This document shows positions 1-10,342 of a DNA stretch of 51,068 bases, piece by piece. Source of the stretch: Luminiphilus sp. GTDB taxonomy: Bacteria; Pseudomonadota; Gammaproteobacteria; Pseudomonadales; Halieaceae. A program made the position numbers and the translations under genes. Positions within the stretch are counted from its first letter, which is position 1; every line of letters starts with the position of its first letter. The notes beneath the pieces were generated by a model. The model was not told where the DNA came from, did not search any database, and worked only from the letters and a program-made list of their open reading frames with translations. The stretch is from contig JAQWYY010000278.1 of NCBI GenBank assembly GCA_029253705.1, forward strand, positions 1-51,068, read 5' to 3'.

Positions 1-692
1 GCAGAGCTGTCGAACTGACGAATTCCCGCTTCGATTGCCGCGTATACATTAGCGATAGCCAGAGCACGGGTATCGTGAAAATGGCAGCCAAGATTTTGAT
101 GCCCATACCGAGACACCAACGTCGTCATGAGGTCGTGCACCTGCTTTGGATGCGCGGCGCCGATGGTATCCGCAATCATCAATCGGGCTGGGTTGTAACG
201 CATCAAGCGTTCCACCTGTGCCAAGACAGTCTCAGGCGCCACGGGACCCTCGTAGGGGCACACAAAAGAGACCGCCAGATAAACGTGTATATCGACACCA
301 TCACCCTGAGCCCGCTCCAAAATATCCTCAGCCATCAAGAACGTCTCTTCAAGACTCTTTTTAATATTGTTCTGATTCATTTGTTCAGTTGCCGAAATAG
401 CAATGGCATAAGTTCTGATTCCCGTTGCCAGCGCTAACTCGTACCCTCTCATATTGGGAACCAACACCGAATAAGCAAGATCCGCTGCCGGGAGCTGTGC
501 CGCCAGCACATCGGTTCCCGCCATTTGAGGCACGGCTTTCGGTGAGACAAAACTCCCAATCTCGAGCTCGGGAACGCCAGTCACCGAGAGACTGTCTATC
601 AACCGCTGGCGCTGCTCTAGGGTCAAATGTTGCGACTGAGCTTGCAAACCGTCCCGAGGCGCCACTTCCTTAATTAAAATTTGGTTGGTCAT
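1..692 (-). CDS. Hydroxymethylglutaryl-CoA lyase family protein (3' end runs off the window)
   Basis: Not in the ORF track because it has no stop in the window. Manual translation from ATG 692 gives MTNQILIKEVAPRDGLQ...LGCHFHDTRALAIANVYAAIEAGIRQFDSS, with the RDGxQ and HxHD motifs of the HMGL/DRE-TIM family. Confidence 0.88.
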   Translation of the reverse strand, partial: MTNQILIKEVAPRDGLQAQSQHLTLEQRQRLIDSLSVTGVPELEIGSFVSPKAVPQMAGTDVLAAQLPAADLAYSVLVPNMRGYELALATGIRTYAIAISATEQMNQNNIKKSLEETFLMAEDILERAQGDGVDIHVYLAVSFVCPYEGPVAPETVLAQVERLMRYNPARLMIADTIGAAHPKQVHDLMTTLVSRYGHQNLGCHFHDTRALAIANVYAAIEAGIRQFDSS

Positions 693-977
693 GAGAACCC
701 CTCTTGTATTCTTGTAGAACAGCGCCCCAAATTCTCTGGGACCAAAAACATGCACTGCTTCGGTTTGAACCGTTGCGGCGCAATTCTAAAGTAACACTCT
801 GTGTACGGAAAAGCCCTTAGAGTGGACGTCCAGTGCACAACCTCGACCTGCCACTGAGCTCTTCTTGCACGATGCTGTTATCTCATTACATGAAAAGTTT
901 TTGACGATTAGGTACAGTGGTGTCACTGGGCAAATGACACTGATTACGAAGAGCCTAGTCTGGAAAAGGAACAACTA

Positions 978-1577
978 TTGGGAACTAGCGGGGTTTTACA
1001 GCGCAACGCACTGGGGCTAGGTGATCGCCCTGCCCTTGTTGTTGTGGATATCGTAAATGGCTTTACCGATCCGGGTTGCCCCCTGGGCAGTGATGCCGAT
1101 AGCGTTGTCGCCGCCAATGTCACTTTAATGGAGGCTTTTCACCGCCGTGGGCTACCGGTATTCCTGACCACCGTCATCTTTAGAGACGAGCAACAAGCAC
1201 GTGTATTTCGAAATCGATTACCGGCCCTTGAATTATTGACGCCGGAATCGCACTGGGTCGCCTTTGACACGCGCTTGCCGATAATCGAATCGGATATCTT
1301 CATCGAAAAAACCCATGCCAGCTCTTTCCATGGCACGCGTCTATCTGAGCAACTCGCAGAAGTAAATGCAGACTCCCTCGTAGTGACCGGCCTGACAACT
1401 AGCGGGTGCGTCCGAGCTACTGCCGTAGACGGTCTTCAGTATGGTTTCCGAGTTGTGGTACCCAGAGAAGCGGTGGGCGACAGAGACCTCGATGCCCACA
1501 ACGCCAATTTGTATGACTTAGACGCAAAGTATGCTGACGTGATATCGGTAAACGACGCTATCTCGCAGTTACCCTGA
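978..1577 (+). CDS. Isochorismatase/cysteine hydrolase family amidase (N-carbamoylsarcosine amidase/maleamate amidohydrolase-like)
   Basis: Asp-Lys-Cys triad motifs VVVDIVNGF, EKTHASSFHGT and TSGCVRATAVD; TTG start preceded by AAGGA. Confidence 0.85.
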   Translation: MGTSGVLQRNALGLGDRPALVVVDIVNGFTDPGCPLGSDADSVVAANVTLMEAFHRRGLPVFLTTVIFRDEQQARVFRNRLPALELLTPESHWVAFDTRLPIIESDIFIEKTHASSFHGTRLSEQLAEVNADSLVVTGLTTSGCVRATAVDGLQYGFRVVVPREAVGDRDLDAHNANLYDLDAKYADVISVNDAISQLP

Positions 1578-1856
1578 GGAGTTTGCAGCCTCAAAGGCTG
1601 CCAGTTGCTCGGGGGTCGCCTCTGTCTGAAACTGAGATTTCCAGTCCTTATAAGGAATGCCGTAAACCAGCTCGCGGGCATAATCAAGGTCTACAGACTC
1701 ACCCTGCTCGGCAGCCTCGGCTACATACCACTTGGAGAGGCAATTTCGGCAAAATCCTGCGAGGGTCATGAGTTCTATATTTTGAACATCTTTACGCCCA
1801 TCTAAATGGGCGAGCAAGCGACGGAATACCGCCGCTTCTATAGCATCGTTAGACAT
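1569..1856 (-). CDS. DUF1244 family protein
   Basis: Characteristic DVQNIELMTLAGFCRNCLSKWY and YGIPYKDWK segments; 95 aa. Confidence 0.85.
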   Translation of the reverse strand: MSNDAIEAAVFRRLLAHLDGRKDVQNIELMTLAGFCRNCLSKWYVAEAAEQGESVDLDYARELVYGIPYKDWKSQFQTEATPEQLAAFEAANSSG

Positions 1857-1860
1857 ATCT

Positions 1861-2337
1861 TCAGCGCCTCAGCCTTTTGTTGACCATACGACTAAACTCC
1901 TTCGCTTGTTCAGGATAGCGCCACTTTAAATTTGCAAATTCCTCAGTGGAAAAGAAATCCACGCTGCTAACTTCCAAAGGCGCCCGCACCTCTGGCGTGG
2001 GCTGACCGACGGGTGAGCACCAATACAAATGGAAGCCATTTTGAAAGACGGCAGCCGTCTGCTTAACCGACACCGCTACGTTGGTCTCCTCCCAAGTTTC
2101 CCGTTCTGCACCGCACTGGGCCGTTTCGCCAGATCTAACGCTACCACCAGGTGGGCCCCATTTCCCCAATGCTTCGACCAATAACAATTCCTTGTTATAG
2201 ATGACCAAGCAACCTGCAGTAAACGCCTCATCACCTCCATCCTTGACTGTGCAATCGGGTGCGAATTCACACCCGACCAGTAAGGCAGACATAACTGCAA
2301 CTAAACATCCTTTACCGCTCGTAGATAATCTCCACAT
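1861..2337 (-). CDS. Nudix hydrolase, predicted lipoprotein
   Basis: Nudix box GSVRSGETAQCGAERETWEETNV; N-terminal basic and hydrophobic stretch ending in lipobox LVGC; start overlaps the dnaE 3' end. Confidence 0.8.
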   Translation of the reverse strand: MWRLSTSGKGCLVAVMSALLVGCEFAPDCTVKDGGDEAFTAGCLVIYNKELLLVEALGKWGPPGGSVRSGETAQCGAERETWEETNVAVSVKQTAAVFQNGFHLYWCSPVGQPTPEVRAPLEVSSVDFFSTEEFANLKWRYPEQAKEFSRMVNKRLRR

Positions 2338-5300
2338 GCTCTCCTCCCACGGCGCCTCTGAGACGCTCTAATAAGTCATCACTGGGATTGACTCGCCACT
2401 GGTCTCCCAGCGCCACACGAGCAAATCCCTTTGGTTGAAAATAATCAACCGTGACCGGGCACTCACCTCCCCCGGATGTAAGCAACGCTTCTTTAATCAG
2501 TTGTCGCAACTGTCGATCCAAGCCACCATCAAAAACCTCTAAGCGTATTTCACTGACTCGGGAGAGTCTTGCCTGTTCCAAGGAACGAATCTCTCGAGCC
2601 CGCATAGACAATCCCCCTGAGTACTCATCACTCTGAACCCGACCACTCAGAAGCACAATTCGGTCTTTGACTAACAACTCTCGGTGCTCAGTGTACGCCT
2701 CGGCGTATACTGTTGACTCGATTTGGCCCGTATTATCGTCCAATTTTAAGACCGCCATCACACCTCTTTGAGTTTTTATAGTCCTAATATCAACTATCAA
2801 ACCAGCAACGGTAATGTTGTTGTCTGGTTGCAAATCGCGCAGGCGCCGTGGCGCAAATTTGCGAACCTCAGATTCATATTCTTGTATTGGGTGACCGCTA
2901 AGAAAACTACCAACACTTTCCTTCTCACCGTTTAGAATTTCTTTCAATGTCCAAGGACGCACCCTGCGATGGTCAGCATAAGGATCACCATTGGCGGCTG
3001 GTGCCACATCACCAAAAAGGTCCGTCATACCCGCCTCGTTGTTCGCTACCGTTTGCTCGGCAGCGCGCAGCGCATCATCGAGAGCCGCTAGTTGAACCCA
3101 CCGATCAGCACCAAACCCGTCGAGAGCACCGCTTTTTATCAAGGCCTCTAGAGCTCGTCGATTAACTTTACGAGGGTCTGTCCGTGAGCAGAGGTCAAAG
3201 AGGTCGGTGAAAGGGCCGCCCGAACCCCGGGCTGCCAGTAGATTTTCAACGGGGCTCTCCCCCAAACCTTTTATGGCCCCTAACCCGTAAACAACTTCGC
3301 TATCTTCGTTGACCGTAAACAGATAAGCCCCTTCGTTAACTTCAGGCAAACGCAAAGCCACGCCCATCGATTTACACTCGTCTCTTAACGTCAAAAGTTT
3401 ATCTGTGTTATCAAGTTCCGAACTCATGACCGCCGCCATGAACTCCGCAGGAAAGTGAGTTTTTAACCAGGCGGTTTGATAGGACACCAGCGCATACGCC
3501 GCTGAGTGTGATTTGTTGAAACCGTAACCGGCAAACTTTTCCACCAAGTCAAAGATTTTCATCGCCAAGTCAGGATCGATGCCTTTGGCACTGGCACCTT
3601 CCTCGAAAACGGACCGCTGCTTGGCCATTTCCTCGGGCTTTTTCTTACCCATAGCACGCCGCAGGAGATCAGCACCCCCTAGGGTGTAGCCAGCCAATTC
3701 CTGAGCAATCTGCATCACTTGTTCCTGGTACAAGATAATGCCGTAAGTAGGCTCTAAAATAGGCTGCAAAGAGCCGTGCTGATAGGACGCATCGGGGTAC
3801 GCCAAGGCCTCACGGCCGTGCTTACGGTTGATGAAGTTATCTACCATTCCGGACTGCAGTGGCCCCGGCCTAAATAGAGCAACCAGCGCAATAATGTCCT
3901 CGAAGGAGTCAGGCTGAAGGCGCTTTATTAAATCTTTCATCCCCCTAGATTCAAGCTGAAACACCGCCGTAGTTTCAGCGGATTTAAGCAGGCTAAATAC
4001 CTTGGGGTCATCAAGCGGAATTTCGCTGATATCGAGCTTTGCACCTGGCTCATGAGCTCGGGCTTTGTTGATCATAGCAACCGCCCAATCGATAATCGTG
4101 AGCGTACGAAGGCCTAAGAAATCGAACTTTACAAGGCCGGCTTCCTCAACATCATTCTTGTCATACTGAGTAACCAGGCCCCCGCCTTCTTCATCACAAT
4201 AAAGCGGTGAAAAATCAGTCAGTTTAGAAGGGGCGATCACCACACCACCGGCATGCTTGCCAACATTGCGGGTTACCCCCTCAAGCTGAACTGCCATATC
4301 CCAAATCTCTTGGGCCGAACCATCGTCTTTAAGCAGCTGGGCTAGCGCCTCTTCTTGTTCGAGGGCTTTTTCCAAGGTTATACCCACCTCGAAAGGGATC
4401 AACTTGGACATCTTATCGGCGAGGCCGTAGGGCTTATCCTGCACCCTTGCCACATCTCGAACTACCGCCTTTGCAGCCATGGTACCGAAGGTTATGATTT
4501 GAGAGACCGCCTCCCTACCGTAGGTATCTGCTACGTATTCAATAACCTCGTCGCGACGATCCATACAAAAATCAACGTCGAAATCTGGCATTGATACCCG
4601 CTGGGGATTCAAAAACCGTTCAAACAGTAAATCGTACGCCAGAGGATCTAGGTCTGTAATTTCTAGAACATAAGCAACTAAAGAACCTGCTCCCGAGCCG
4701 CGCCCGGGACCCACTGGAATACCTTGCTGTTTGCCCCAACGAATGAAATCCATGACTACCAAAAAGTAGCCGGGAAAGCCCATTTCATTAATAACGCCCA
4801 ACTCAAAATCTAACCGCTGCCGATACCTGTTTAACGTATCGGGGTCTGAAAGCTCCAGCTGCTCTAATCGACGATTTAAACCTTCGTGGGACAGTTGGCT
4901 CAAAAACTCTTCGATGGTCGTGCCATTGGGGACGGGGAAATCCGGGAGACTGGGCTCACCCAAAGGAATAGTTACCGAGCAACGCTTGGCGATTTCGACC
5001 GTGTTTGTGAGCGCTTCGGGCAGGTCGCTAAATAACTCTGCCATTTCTTCGGGAGAACGTAAGTATTGCTGCTCGGAATAAAGCCTGGGTCTACGAGGGT
5101 CATCAAGGGTACGGCCATAACCAATGCACACTCTGGCCTCATGTGCCTCAAATTCATCCGTATTTAAAAATCGAACATCATTGGTAGCGACGACCGGACA
5201 CCCCATTTCTCTCGCCAGCTCAACTGCCGCATGCAAATAGTCCTCTTCACCAAGTCGACCAGTGCGATGCACCTCTATATAAAATCGACCTGGAAATGTC

Positions 5301-5773
5301 GCCATCCATCGTTGCAGAGAGGCCCGTGCTTCTTCCTTGTGCCCATTGACAAGTAACTGGCCAAACTCTCCCTGACAGCCGCCAGACAGCGCCAGAACAC
5401 CCTCAGCATGGGCGTCCAGCCAATCCCACTCTATGCGGGGGGAGCCGTGATACTGCCCATCGCGCCAGGCTTTTGAAATCAATAATGTGAGATTTTGATA
5501 GCCCTGCTCATTCATCGCCAAAAGCGATATGGGCTTAGGTCGGTCGCGATCCTCGGTGTCCTCGACCCATAAATCGACTCCGACGATTAGCTTCAGTCCT
5601 GCCCGCTGAGCCGCCTTGTAGGCTTTAATTAGCCCGTAAAAATTAGTGGCGTCGGTCACGGCTACAGCGGGCATACCCTGAGCTGCCACTTCGGTCATGA
5701 GCTTGGGAATTCTGACCAATCCATCGACTAGAGAGAACTCGGTATGCAAACGTAGGTGTACAAATTGCTTCAT
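2312..5773 (-). CDS. dnaE: DNA polymerase III alpha subunit
   Basis: PHP start FVHLRLHTEFSLVDG, GPGRGSGAGS, SMPDFDVDF, KFDFLGL, YGFNKSH and C-terminal OB fold. ATG 5773 preferred over TTG 5779. Confidence 0.98.
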   Translation of the reverse strand: MKQFVHLRLHTEFSLVDGLVRIPKLMTEVAAQGMPAVAVTDATNFYGLIKAYKAAQRAGLKLIVGVDLWVEDTEDRDRPKPISLLAMNEQGYQNLTLLISKAWRDGQYHGSPRIEWDWLDAHAEGVLALSGGCQGEFGQLLVNGHKEEARASLQRWMATFPGRFYIEVHRTGRLGEEDYLHAAVELAREMGCPVVATNDVRFLNTDEFEAHEARVCIGYGRTLDDPRRPRLYSEQQYLRSPEEMAELFSDLPEALTNTVEIAKRCSVTIPLGEPSLPDFPVPNGTTIEEFLSQLSHEGLNRRLEQLELSDPDTLNRYRQRLDFELGVINEMGFPGYFLVVMDFIRWGKQQGIPVGPGRGSGAGSLVAYVLEITDLDPLAYDLLFERFLNPQRVSMPDFDVDFCMDRRDEVIEYVADTYGREAVSQIITFGTMAAKAVVRDVARVQDKPYGLADKMSKLIPFEVGITLEKALEQEEALAQLLKDDGSAQEIWDMAVQLEGVTRNVGKHAGGVVIAPSKLTDFSPLYCDEEGGGLVTQYDKNDVEEAGLVKFDFLGLRTLTIIDWAVAMINKARAHEPGAKLDISEIPLDDPKVFSLLKSAETTAVFQLESRGMKDLIKRLQPDSFEDIIALVALFRPGPLQSGMVDNFINRKHGREALAYPDASYQHGSLQPILEPTYGIILYQEQVMQIAQELAGYTLGGADLLRRAMGKKKPEEMAKQRSVFEEGASAKGIDPDLAMKIFDLVEKFAGYGFNKSHSAAYALVSYQTAWLKTHFPAEFMAAVMSSELDNTDKLLTLRDECKSMGVALRLPEVNEGAYLFTVNEDSEVVYGLGAIKGLGESPVENLLAARGSGGPFTDLFDLCSRTDPRKVNRRALEALIKSGALDGFGADRWVQLAALDDALRAAEQTVANNEAGMTDLFGDVAPAANGDPYADHRRVRPWTLKEILNGEKESVGSFLSGHPIQEYESEVRKFAPRRLRDLQPDNNITVAGLIVDIRTIKTQRGVMAVLKLDDNTGQIESTVYAEAYTEHRELLVKDRIVLLSGRVQSDEYSGGLSMRAREIRSLEQARLSRVSEIRLEVFDGGLDRQLRQLIKEALLTSGGGECPVTVDYFQPKGFARVALGDQWRVNPSDDLLERLRGAVGGEHVEIIYER

Positions 5774-5797
5774 AAGCAAACGCTATAGGACAGTGGG

Positions 5798-6394
5798 CTA
5801 ACTAAGCAAGCGTTTTACGGGCGCAAAGCTCTTTCTGTGCCAGGGCGTCACCCCTAAGCTGGCCAAGGCAGCCATATGTTCGCGAGTGGGATAACCCTTA
5901 TGACGGGCAAATCCATACCCCGGATACTCATCATCCAACGCCGTCATCTCAGCGTCTCGCTGTACCTTTGCCAAAATTGAAGCAGCGCCAATACTCACTT
6001 CCAGCGCATCGCCGCCGATGACCGGCCTGGCCTTGTAAGGCCAGTCTGGTAAGCGATTGCCATCAACCAGAACAAAATCGGGCACCAGTGACAAGCCGTC
6101 TACTGCTCGATGCATAGCCAATAACGAAGCCTGCAGAATATTAATCGAATCAATTTCCCCGACCGACGCTCTAGCAATACACCAGGCCCGAGCACTGGAT
6201 TTAATAGCAACTGCCAGCTGTTCTCGACGCTTTGCCGTCAATTTCTTTGAATCTGTTACGCCTTCTGGAGTACTGTCACCCAAGATGACAGCCGCAGCCA
6301 CCACATCACCCGCTAAAGGTCCTCGGCCGACCTCATCGACTCCAGCAACCCATTGATAGCTCCTCTCCGACTGGGAGGTTAAAATATCAGCCAC
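5798..6394 (-). CDS. rnhB: Ribonuclease HII
   Basis: [32 protein letters not shown]; canonical position between lpxB and dnaE. Confidence 0.97.
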   Translation of the reverse strand: MADILTSQSERSYQWVAGVDEVGRGPLAGDVVAAAVILGDSTPEGVTDSKKLTAKRREQLAVAIKSSARAWCIARASVGEIDSINILQASLLAMHRAVDGLSLVPDFVLVDGNRLPDWPYKARPVIGGDALEVSIGAASILAKVQRDAEMTALDDEYPGYGFARHKGYPTREHMAALASLGVTPWHRKSFAPVKRLLS

Positions 6395-7517
6395 GCTTTA
6401 AGTCCATCAGACTATCAAGAGCATCAGCAGTGCGGGCAGAAAAGCCGCCGCCAATCTGTGCAGCCAATTCATCAAAGACGGGAATCTGTTGTTCCATACC
6501 TCGCTCCAAAACGTATTCCACCTGCCTCGTCAACTGATCCGGGGTCGCAGCTTCCTGAAGGAGCTCTGGCACCACCTCCCGGTTTGCTAGAACATTGGGT
6601 AATCCGACAAATCGAGTGATCGCCATACGCGACAGAATTTGCCACGACAGCCAGGGCATTCGATAGGCCACCACCATAGGTCTACGCAGCAACATAGCTT
6701 CGAGAGTCGCAGTGCCTGATGCTAGTAATACGGCATCACTGGCGAGCATAGCCTCTCTACCTTGACCAGAAATAACCGTCACGGAGAGCTCAAGAGACTT
6801 TGTGACCGCTTCTATTTGTCGCCTACGATCGTCGTTCGCTGCTGGGATGAGAAAATGAATATTGCGGTGCCGGGACGCCAAATTTGCCATAGTCTGACTA
6901 TAAATGGCCATCAGGGATGCCACCTCCCCCGCGCGACTACCGGGCAAAACAGCTAGGACCTTGGCGTTATCTGGTAATCCAAATTTCCCACGCAGAACAG
7001 CCCGGGGGGGCAACTCTTTTAACTCCTCGATCAGTGGATGACCGACACAAACCGCCGGTACACCCGCTGCCTCATAAAAACCCGTTTCAAAAGGCAGCAG
7101 GCAAAGCATCAGATCAACCGCTGTCGCTATTTTTTGCACGCGCCCGGGGCGCCATGCCCACACAGAAGGGCTTACCAAGTGCGCGGTTGTAAGACCTCTA
7201 GCGCGCAGCTGGGACTCTAAAGTCAGATTGAAATCAGGACTGTCTATCCCAACAAAACAGTCAGGACGCCAGCTTAATTGTTGCTGAAAAGCCTGCCGTC
7301 TGATTTTCAGCAATTCAGGTAGCCGTTTAAGTGGATCGACAATTCCAAAAACTGACAAACGATCCATAGGATGCAAGGAGGCTAAGCCCTGCTCGGCCAA
7401 TCGGTCACCACCGATACCCTGCAGTTGCAAATGTGAATGGCGACGTCGCAACTCCCTCGCCACTGATGCCCCAAGAATGTCGCCTGAAGCTTCTCCCGCT
7501 AGAATCCCGAGACGCAT
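6387..7517 (-). CDS. lpxB: Lipid-A-disaccharide synthase
   Basis: [37 protein letters not shown]. Confidence 0.97.
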   Translation of the reverse strand: MRLGILAGEASGDILGASVARELRRRHSHLQLQGIGGDRLAEQGLASLHPMDRLSVFGIVDPLKRLPELLKIRRQAFQQQLSWRPDCFVGIDSPDFNLTLESQLRARGLTTAHLVSPSVWAWRPGRVQKIATAVDLMLCLLPFETGFYEAAGVPAVCVGHPLIEELKELPPRAVLRGKFGLPDNAKVLAVLPGSRAGEVASLMAIYSQTMANLASRHRNIHFLIPAANDDRRRQIEAVTKSLELSVTVISGQGREAMLASDAVLLASGTATLEAMLLRRPMVVAYRMPWLSWQILSRMAITRFVGLPNVLANREVVPELLQEAATPDQLTRQVEYVLERGMEQQIPVFDELAAQIGGGFSARTADALDSLMDLKRG

Positions 7518-7534
7518 AACGATTCAGTCCACGA

Positions 7535-8305
7535 TCAGCGGACGATGCCACGCTCTGAATTGACAAGGCTGTCGACAAGCACCTGCAATTCTGGCGTTTC
7601 TTTGACCATCCCCTCCAAGCGCTGTATCGCGTTATCGAGAGTCAGCCCCTGACGGTAAATAATCTTATAGGCTCGTCGTAACTCAGCAAGTGTGTGACTA
7701 CTAAAACCGCGCCTGCGCAAACCCTCAGAGTTAATGGTCTTCGCCTCTGCTGGACTGCCGGCTACTGTCACAAAGGCGGGAACGTCTTTTCCTATCGCAG
7801 TGCCCATACCACTAAAGCTGTGGGCGCCAATTTTGCAAAACTGGTGCACCAACGTATACCCACTAAGAATAGTCCAATCACCAACGACAACATGCCCCGC
7901 GAGCGCCGTATTGTTCACGAGAATCGTATTGTTGCCGACCACACTATCGTGACCAATATGCACATAGGCCATGATCAGATTGTTATCGCCTAATTGAGTG
8001 ACACCACGGTCCTGAACGGTACCTCGATGAATCGTGACATTCTCACGGATTACATTGTCATTGCCTATAACCAATTCTGTTGGCTCATCATGGTACTTGA
8101 GGTCTGGCGTAGCCTCCCCCACTGTACTGAATTGGTATATGTGATTTCTGGCGCCAATTGTTGTGGGGCCACGAATAACCACATGAGGTTCTATAACCGT
8201 CTCAGGCCCAATTTTCACCTCCGGGCCAATCACCACATAGGGACCAACGGTCGCAGTATCCGAAACCTCGGCTTTTTGATCGATAATGGCCGTAGGGTGG
8301 ATCAC
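7535..8305 (-). CDS. lpxA: UDP-N-acetylglucosamine O-acyltransferase
   Basis: IHPTAII start, hexapeptide repeats, IRENVTIHRGT, VHQFC, GLRRRGFS. Confidence 0.97.
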   Translation of the reverse strand: MIHPTAIIDQKAEVSDTATVGPYVVIGPEVKIGPETVIEPHVVIRGPTTIGARNHIYQFSTVGEATPDLKYHDEPTELVIGNDNVIRENVTIHRGTVQDRGVTQLGDNNLIMAYVHIGHDSVVGNNTILVNNTALAGHVVVGDWTILSGYTLVHQFCKIGAHSFSGMGTAIGKDVPAFVTVAGSPAEAKTINSEGLRRRGFSSHTLAELRRAYKIIYRQGLTLDNAIQRLEGMVKETPELQVLVDSLVNSERGIVR

Positions 8306-8308
8306 CGC

Positions 8309-8743
8309 CTAACGGTCTGCACAGAGAATGGTTGCCGAGGCACAAGTCGCGCCGTCGACTTCAGACCGCACATCAAACTTCCAAATCCCTCGTCGTTCAC
8401 TAACAATATTTGCGTATAAGTCAACGCGATCACCCGGCACACAAGGGCGTTTAAACCGTAACTTGTCTACCCCGACCAAGTAGTAAAGAGAGCCATCTTT
8501 TGGCGTCTTTCCCATAGTCTTAAAACCCAATATTCCGGCCGCCTGTGCCATTGCCTCCACCAACAACACGCCGGGAAATACCGGCTGTTCGGGGAAATGG
8601 CCATCGAAGTAGGGCTCATTAATACTGAGGTTTTTGTAGGCGTGAATCGATTCCCCAAGTTCTAAAGCGACGACCCTATCGACCAACAAAAATGGATAGC
8701 GGTGAGGGAGGTGCTCCCTAATTGCAGCGATATCCATAATCAT
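8309..8743 (-). CDS. fabZ: 3-hydroxyacyl-ACP dehydratase FabZ
   Basis: [13 protein letters not shown] and GHFP...[11 protein letters not shown]. Confidence 0.97.
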   Translation of the reverse strand: MIMDIAAIREHLPHRYPFLLVDRVVALELGESIHAYKNLSINEPYFDGHFPEQPVFPGVLLVEAMAQAAGILGFKTMGKTPKDGSLYYLVGVDKLRFKRPCVPGDRVDLYANIVSERRGIWKFDVRSEVDGATCASATILCADR

Positions 8744-9780
8744 GAACCTTTCTCCTCAAGGCCAGGGACTTTGGCCAACTGTTTTTCCAATGCCTTTACG
8801 CGACGAGCGAGAACGGCAAGCTGCTCGAATCGAACCGCATTTTTACTCCAATCCCGATACGGCTGTATGGGCGTTCCCGACGCATACAAGCCGGGCTCCT
8901 CTAGAGACTTGCTAACTCTTCCCTGCCCATTGATGTGGACATTGTCGGCAATAGTAATGTGGTCGGCAATACCGACCATACCTGCAAAAGTGCAGTCTTT
9001 GCCAATAATCGTACTGCCGCCGACACCACTGCAAGCAGCAAACGCCGTCCGCTCACCAACACGTACGTTATGAGCGATGTGCACCAGATTATCCAAAATA
9101 ACGTTATCTTCGATAATCGTATCTTCCAGCGCACCTCGATCGATCGTGCTACCAGCTCCAATCTCTACACGATCACCAATGCGAACACCGCCCTGCTGTA
9201 AAATTTTTACCCAGCCCTCGGCAGACGGCGCAAATCCAAAGCCATCAGAACCTATGGTTGCATTGCTGTGAATAATGCAGTGAGCACCAATCACAACACG
9301 GTGATACAAAACGGCATTGGGATAAAGACGTGTGGAGCTACCGATCTGCGTATGGTGCCCGACATAAACCCCAGCACCTATTGTCGCGCCGTCGCCAATG
9401 ACGACACCCTCTTCTAGAACCGCATTGGCACCCACACTTACGTCAGCACCCAGAACTACCGTCTCGTGGACAACAGCACTTCCATGGACACCCTCAGGTG
9501 CTACGGGTCTCTCGTCGAATAAATGAGTGGCTTGGGCAAAGCTCAGGTAAGGATCTTCACTGAGCAGGCCGGCCCCTGACCATCTTTCAGCCCACTCGGG
9601 GCGCAAAATAAGCGCTCCTGCCTGAGTGGTATCGGCTTCAGACCAATGGGTAGCCTTTGCAACGAAGCTCAGCTGCTCGGCCTTCGCAGTGGCCAACGGC
9701 GCAATACCCTCAAGCTCAATGTTCGGCTCCCCAAGGAGCTCGAGGTTCAGTCGCTTAGCAATGTCACCCAGCTTCAACAA
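8740..9780 (-). CDS. lpxD: UDP-3-O-(3-hydroxyacyl)glucosamine N-acyltransferase
   Basis: Hexapeptide repeats, [28 protein letters not shown]; TTG start. Confidence 0.96.
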   Translation of the reverse strand: MLKLGDIAKRLNLELLGEPNIELEGIAPLATAKAEQLSFVAKATHWSEADTTQAGALILRPEWAERWSGAGLLSEDPYLSFAQATHLFDERPVAPEGVHGSAVVHETVVLGADVSVGANAVLEEGVVIGDGATIGAGVYVGHHTQIGSSTRLYPNAVLYHRVVIGAHCIIHSNATIGSDGFGFAPSAEGWVKILQQGGVRIGDRVEIGAGSTIDRGALEDTIIEDNVILDNLVHIAHNVRVGERTAFAACSGVGGSTIIGKDCTFAGMVGIADHITIADNVHINGQGRVSKSLEEPGLYASGTPIQPYRDWSKNAVRFEQLAVLARRVKALEKQLAKVPGLEEKGS

Positions 9781-9792
9781 AAGAAGTTAACG

Positions 9793-10314
9793 TCACTCTT
9801 CAGCAGGCAACTGATTAAGCTTGTCTGTGACCTTAGCGGTAATGCTATAGCCGAGGTCGGCATGAATTACTGTTTGCTGCTGCAATAACAAGCCAATTTG
9901 CTCTGTGGTGATAATGTCGCGGAGGACTTCACGAGCCTTGGGAGCCAGCTCCTGAAAAACACGCTGCGCGTTTTGCTGCTGCAAGGTTTGCAACTTCTTT
10001 GCGACATATTCAAGGTCTGAATTTTTACTGGAGATCTTCTGTCGAGCCGCGACCATTTGATCCTCGCTCATTGCTGCTTGATCACGCTGAAATTCTTGCA
10101 CTAACTTGTCGAGTTCTTCGCGCAGATTTTCAAACTCGTCTTTATCGCTGGTAAAGTCCTCGTTTTTTTCGAACTCAGCCAGTCGCTGCTGTGCCAAATC
10201 AGTTTGGAGAATAGCTTCTTCTAGATTTACGACCGCGATTTTTCCTTGTGCTATTGCCAGCGCAGGTAGAACGAACAGTGCCGCAGACACTAAGAATTTA
10301 TTGAATGGTTTCAC
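9793..10314 (-). CDS. skp: Periplasmic chaperone Skp/OmpH
   Basis: Signal peptide followed by KIAVVN and a long coiled coil; lies between bamA and lpxD. GTG 10314 follows AGGGAGG and is preferred to the track start 10395, which overlaps bamA. Confidence 0.9.
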   Translation of the reverse strand: MKPFNKFLVSAALFVLPALAIAQGKIAVVNLEEAILQTDLAQQRLAEFEKNEDFTSDKDEFENLREELDKLVQEFQRDQAAMSEDQMVAARQKISSKNSDLEYVAKKLQTLQQQNAQRVFQELAPKAREVLRDIITTEQIGLLLQQQTVIHADLGYSITAKVTDKLNQLPAEE

Positions 10315-10342
10315 AACAACCTCCCTTAACAGAGTTTTTAAA

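Noticed and set aside
75-673. Plus-strand ORFs 75-437, 146-364 and 425-673
   Set aside because: Antisense shadows of the partial HMG-CoA lyase gene on the minus strand.
786-974. 62-aa minus-strand ORF in the divergent spacer
   Set aside because: No recognisable motif or clear SD; it occupies the expected promoter region.
2312-5773. Possible intein or split in dnaE
   Set aside because: Length is standard (~1150 aa) and the motifs are contiguous; no intein-like insertion seen.
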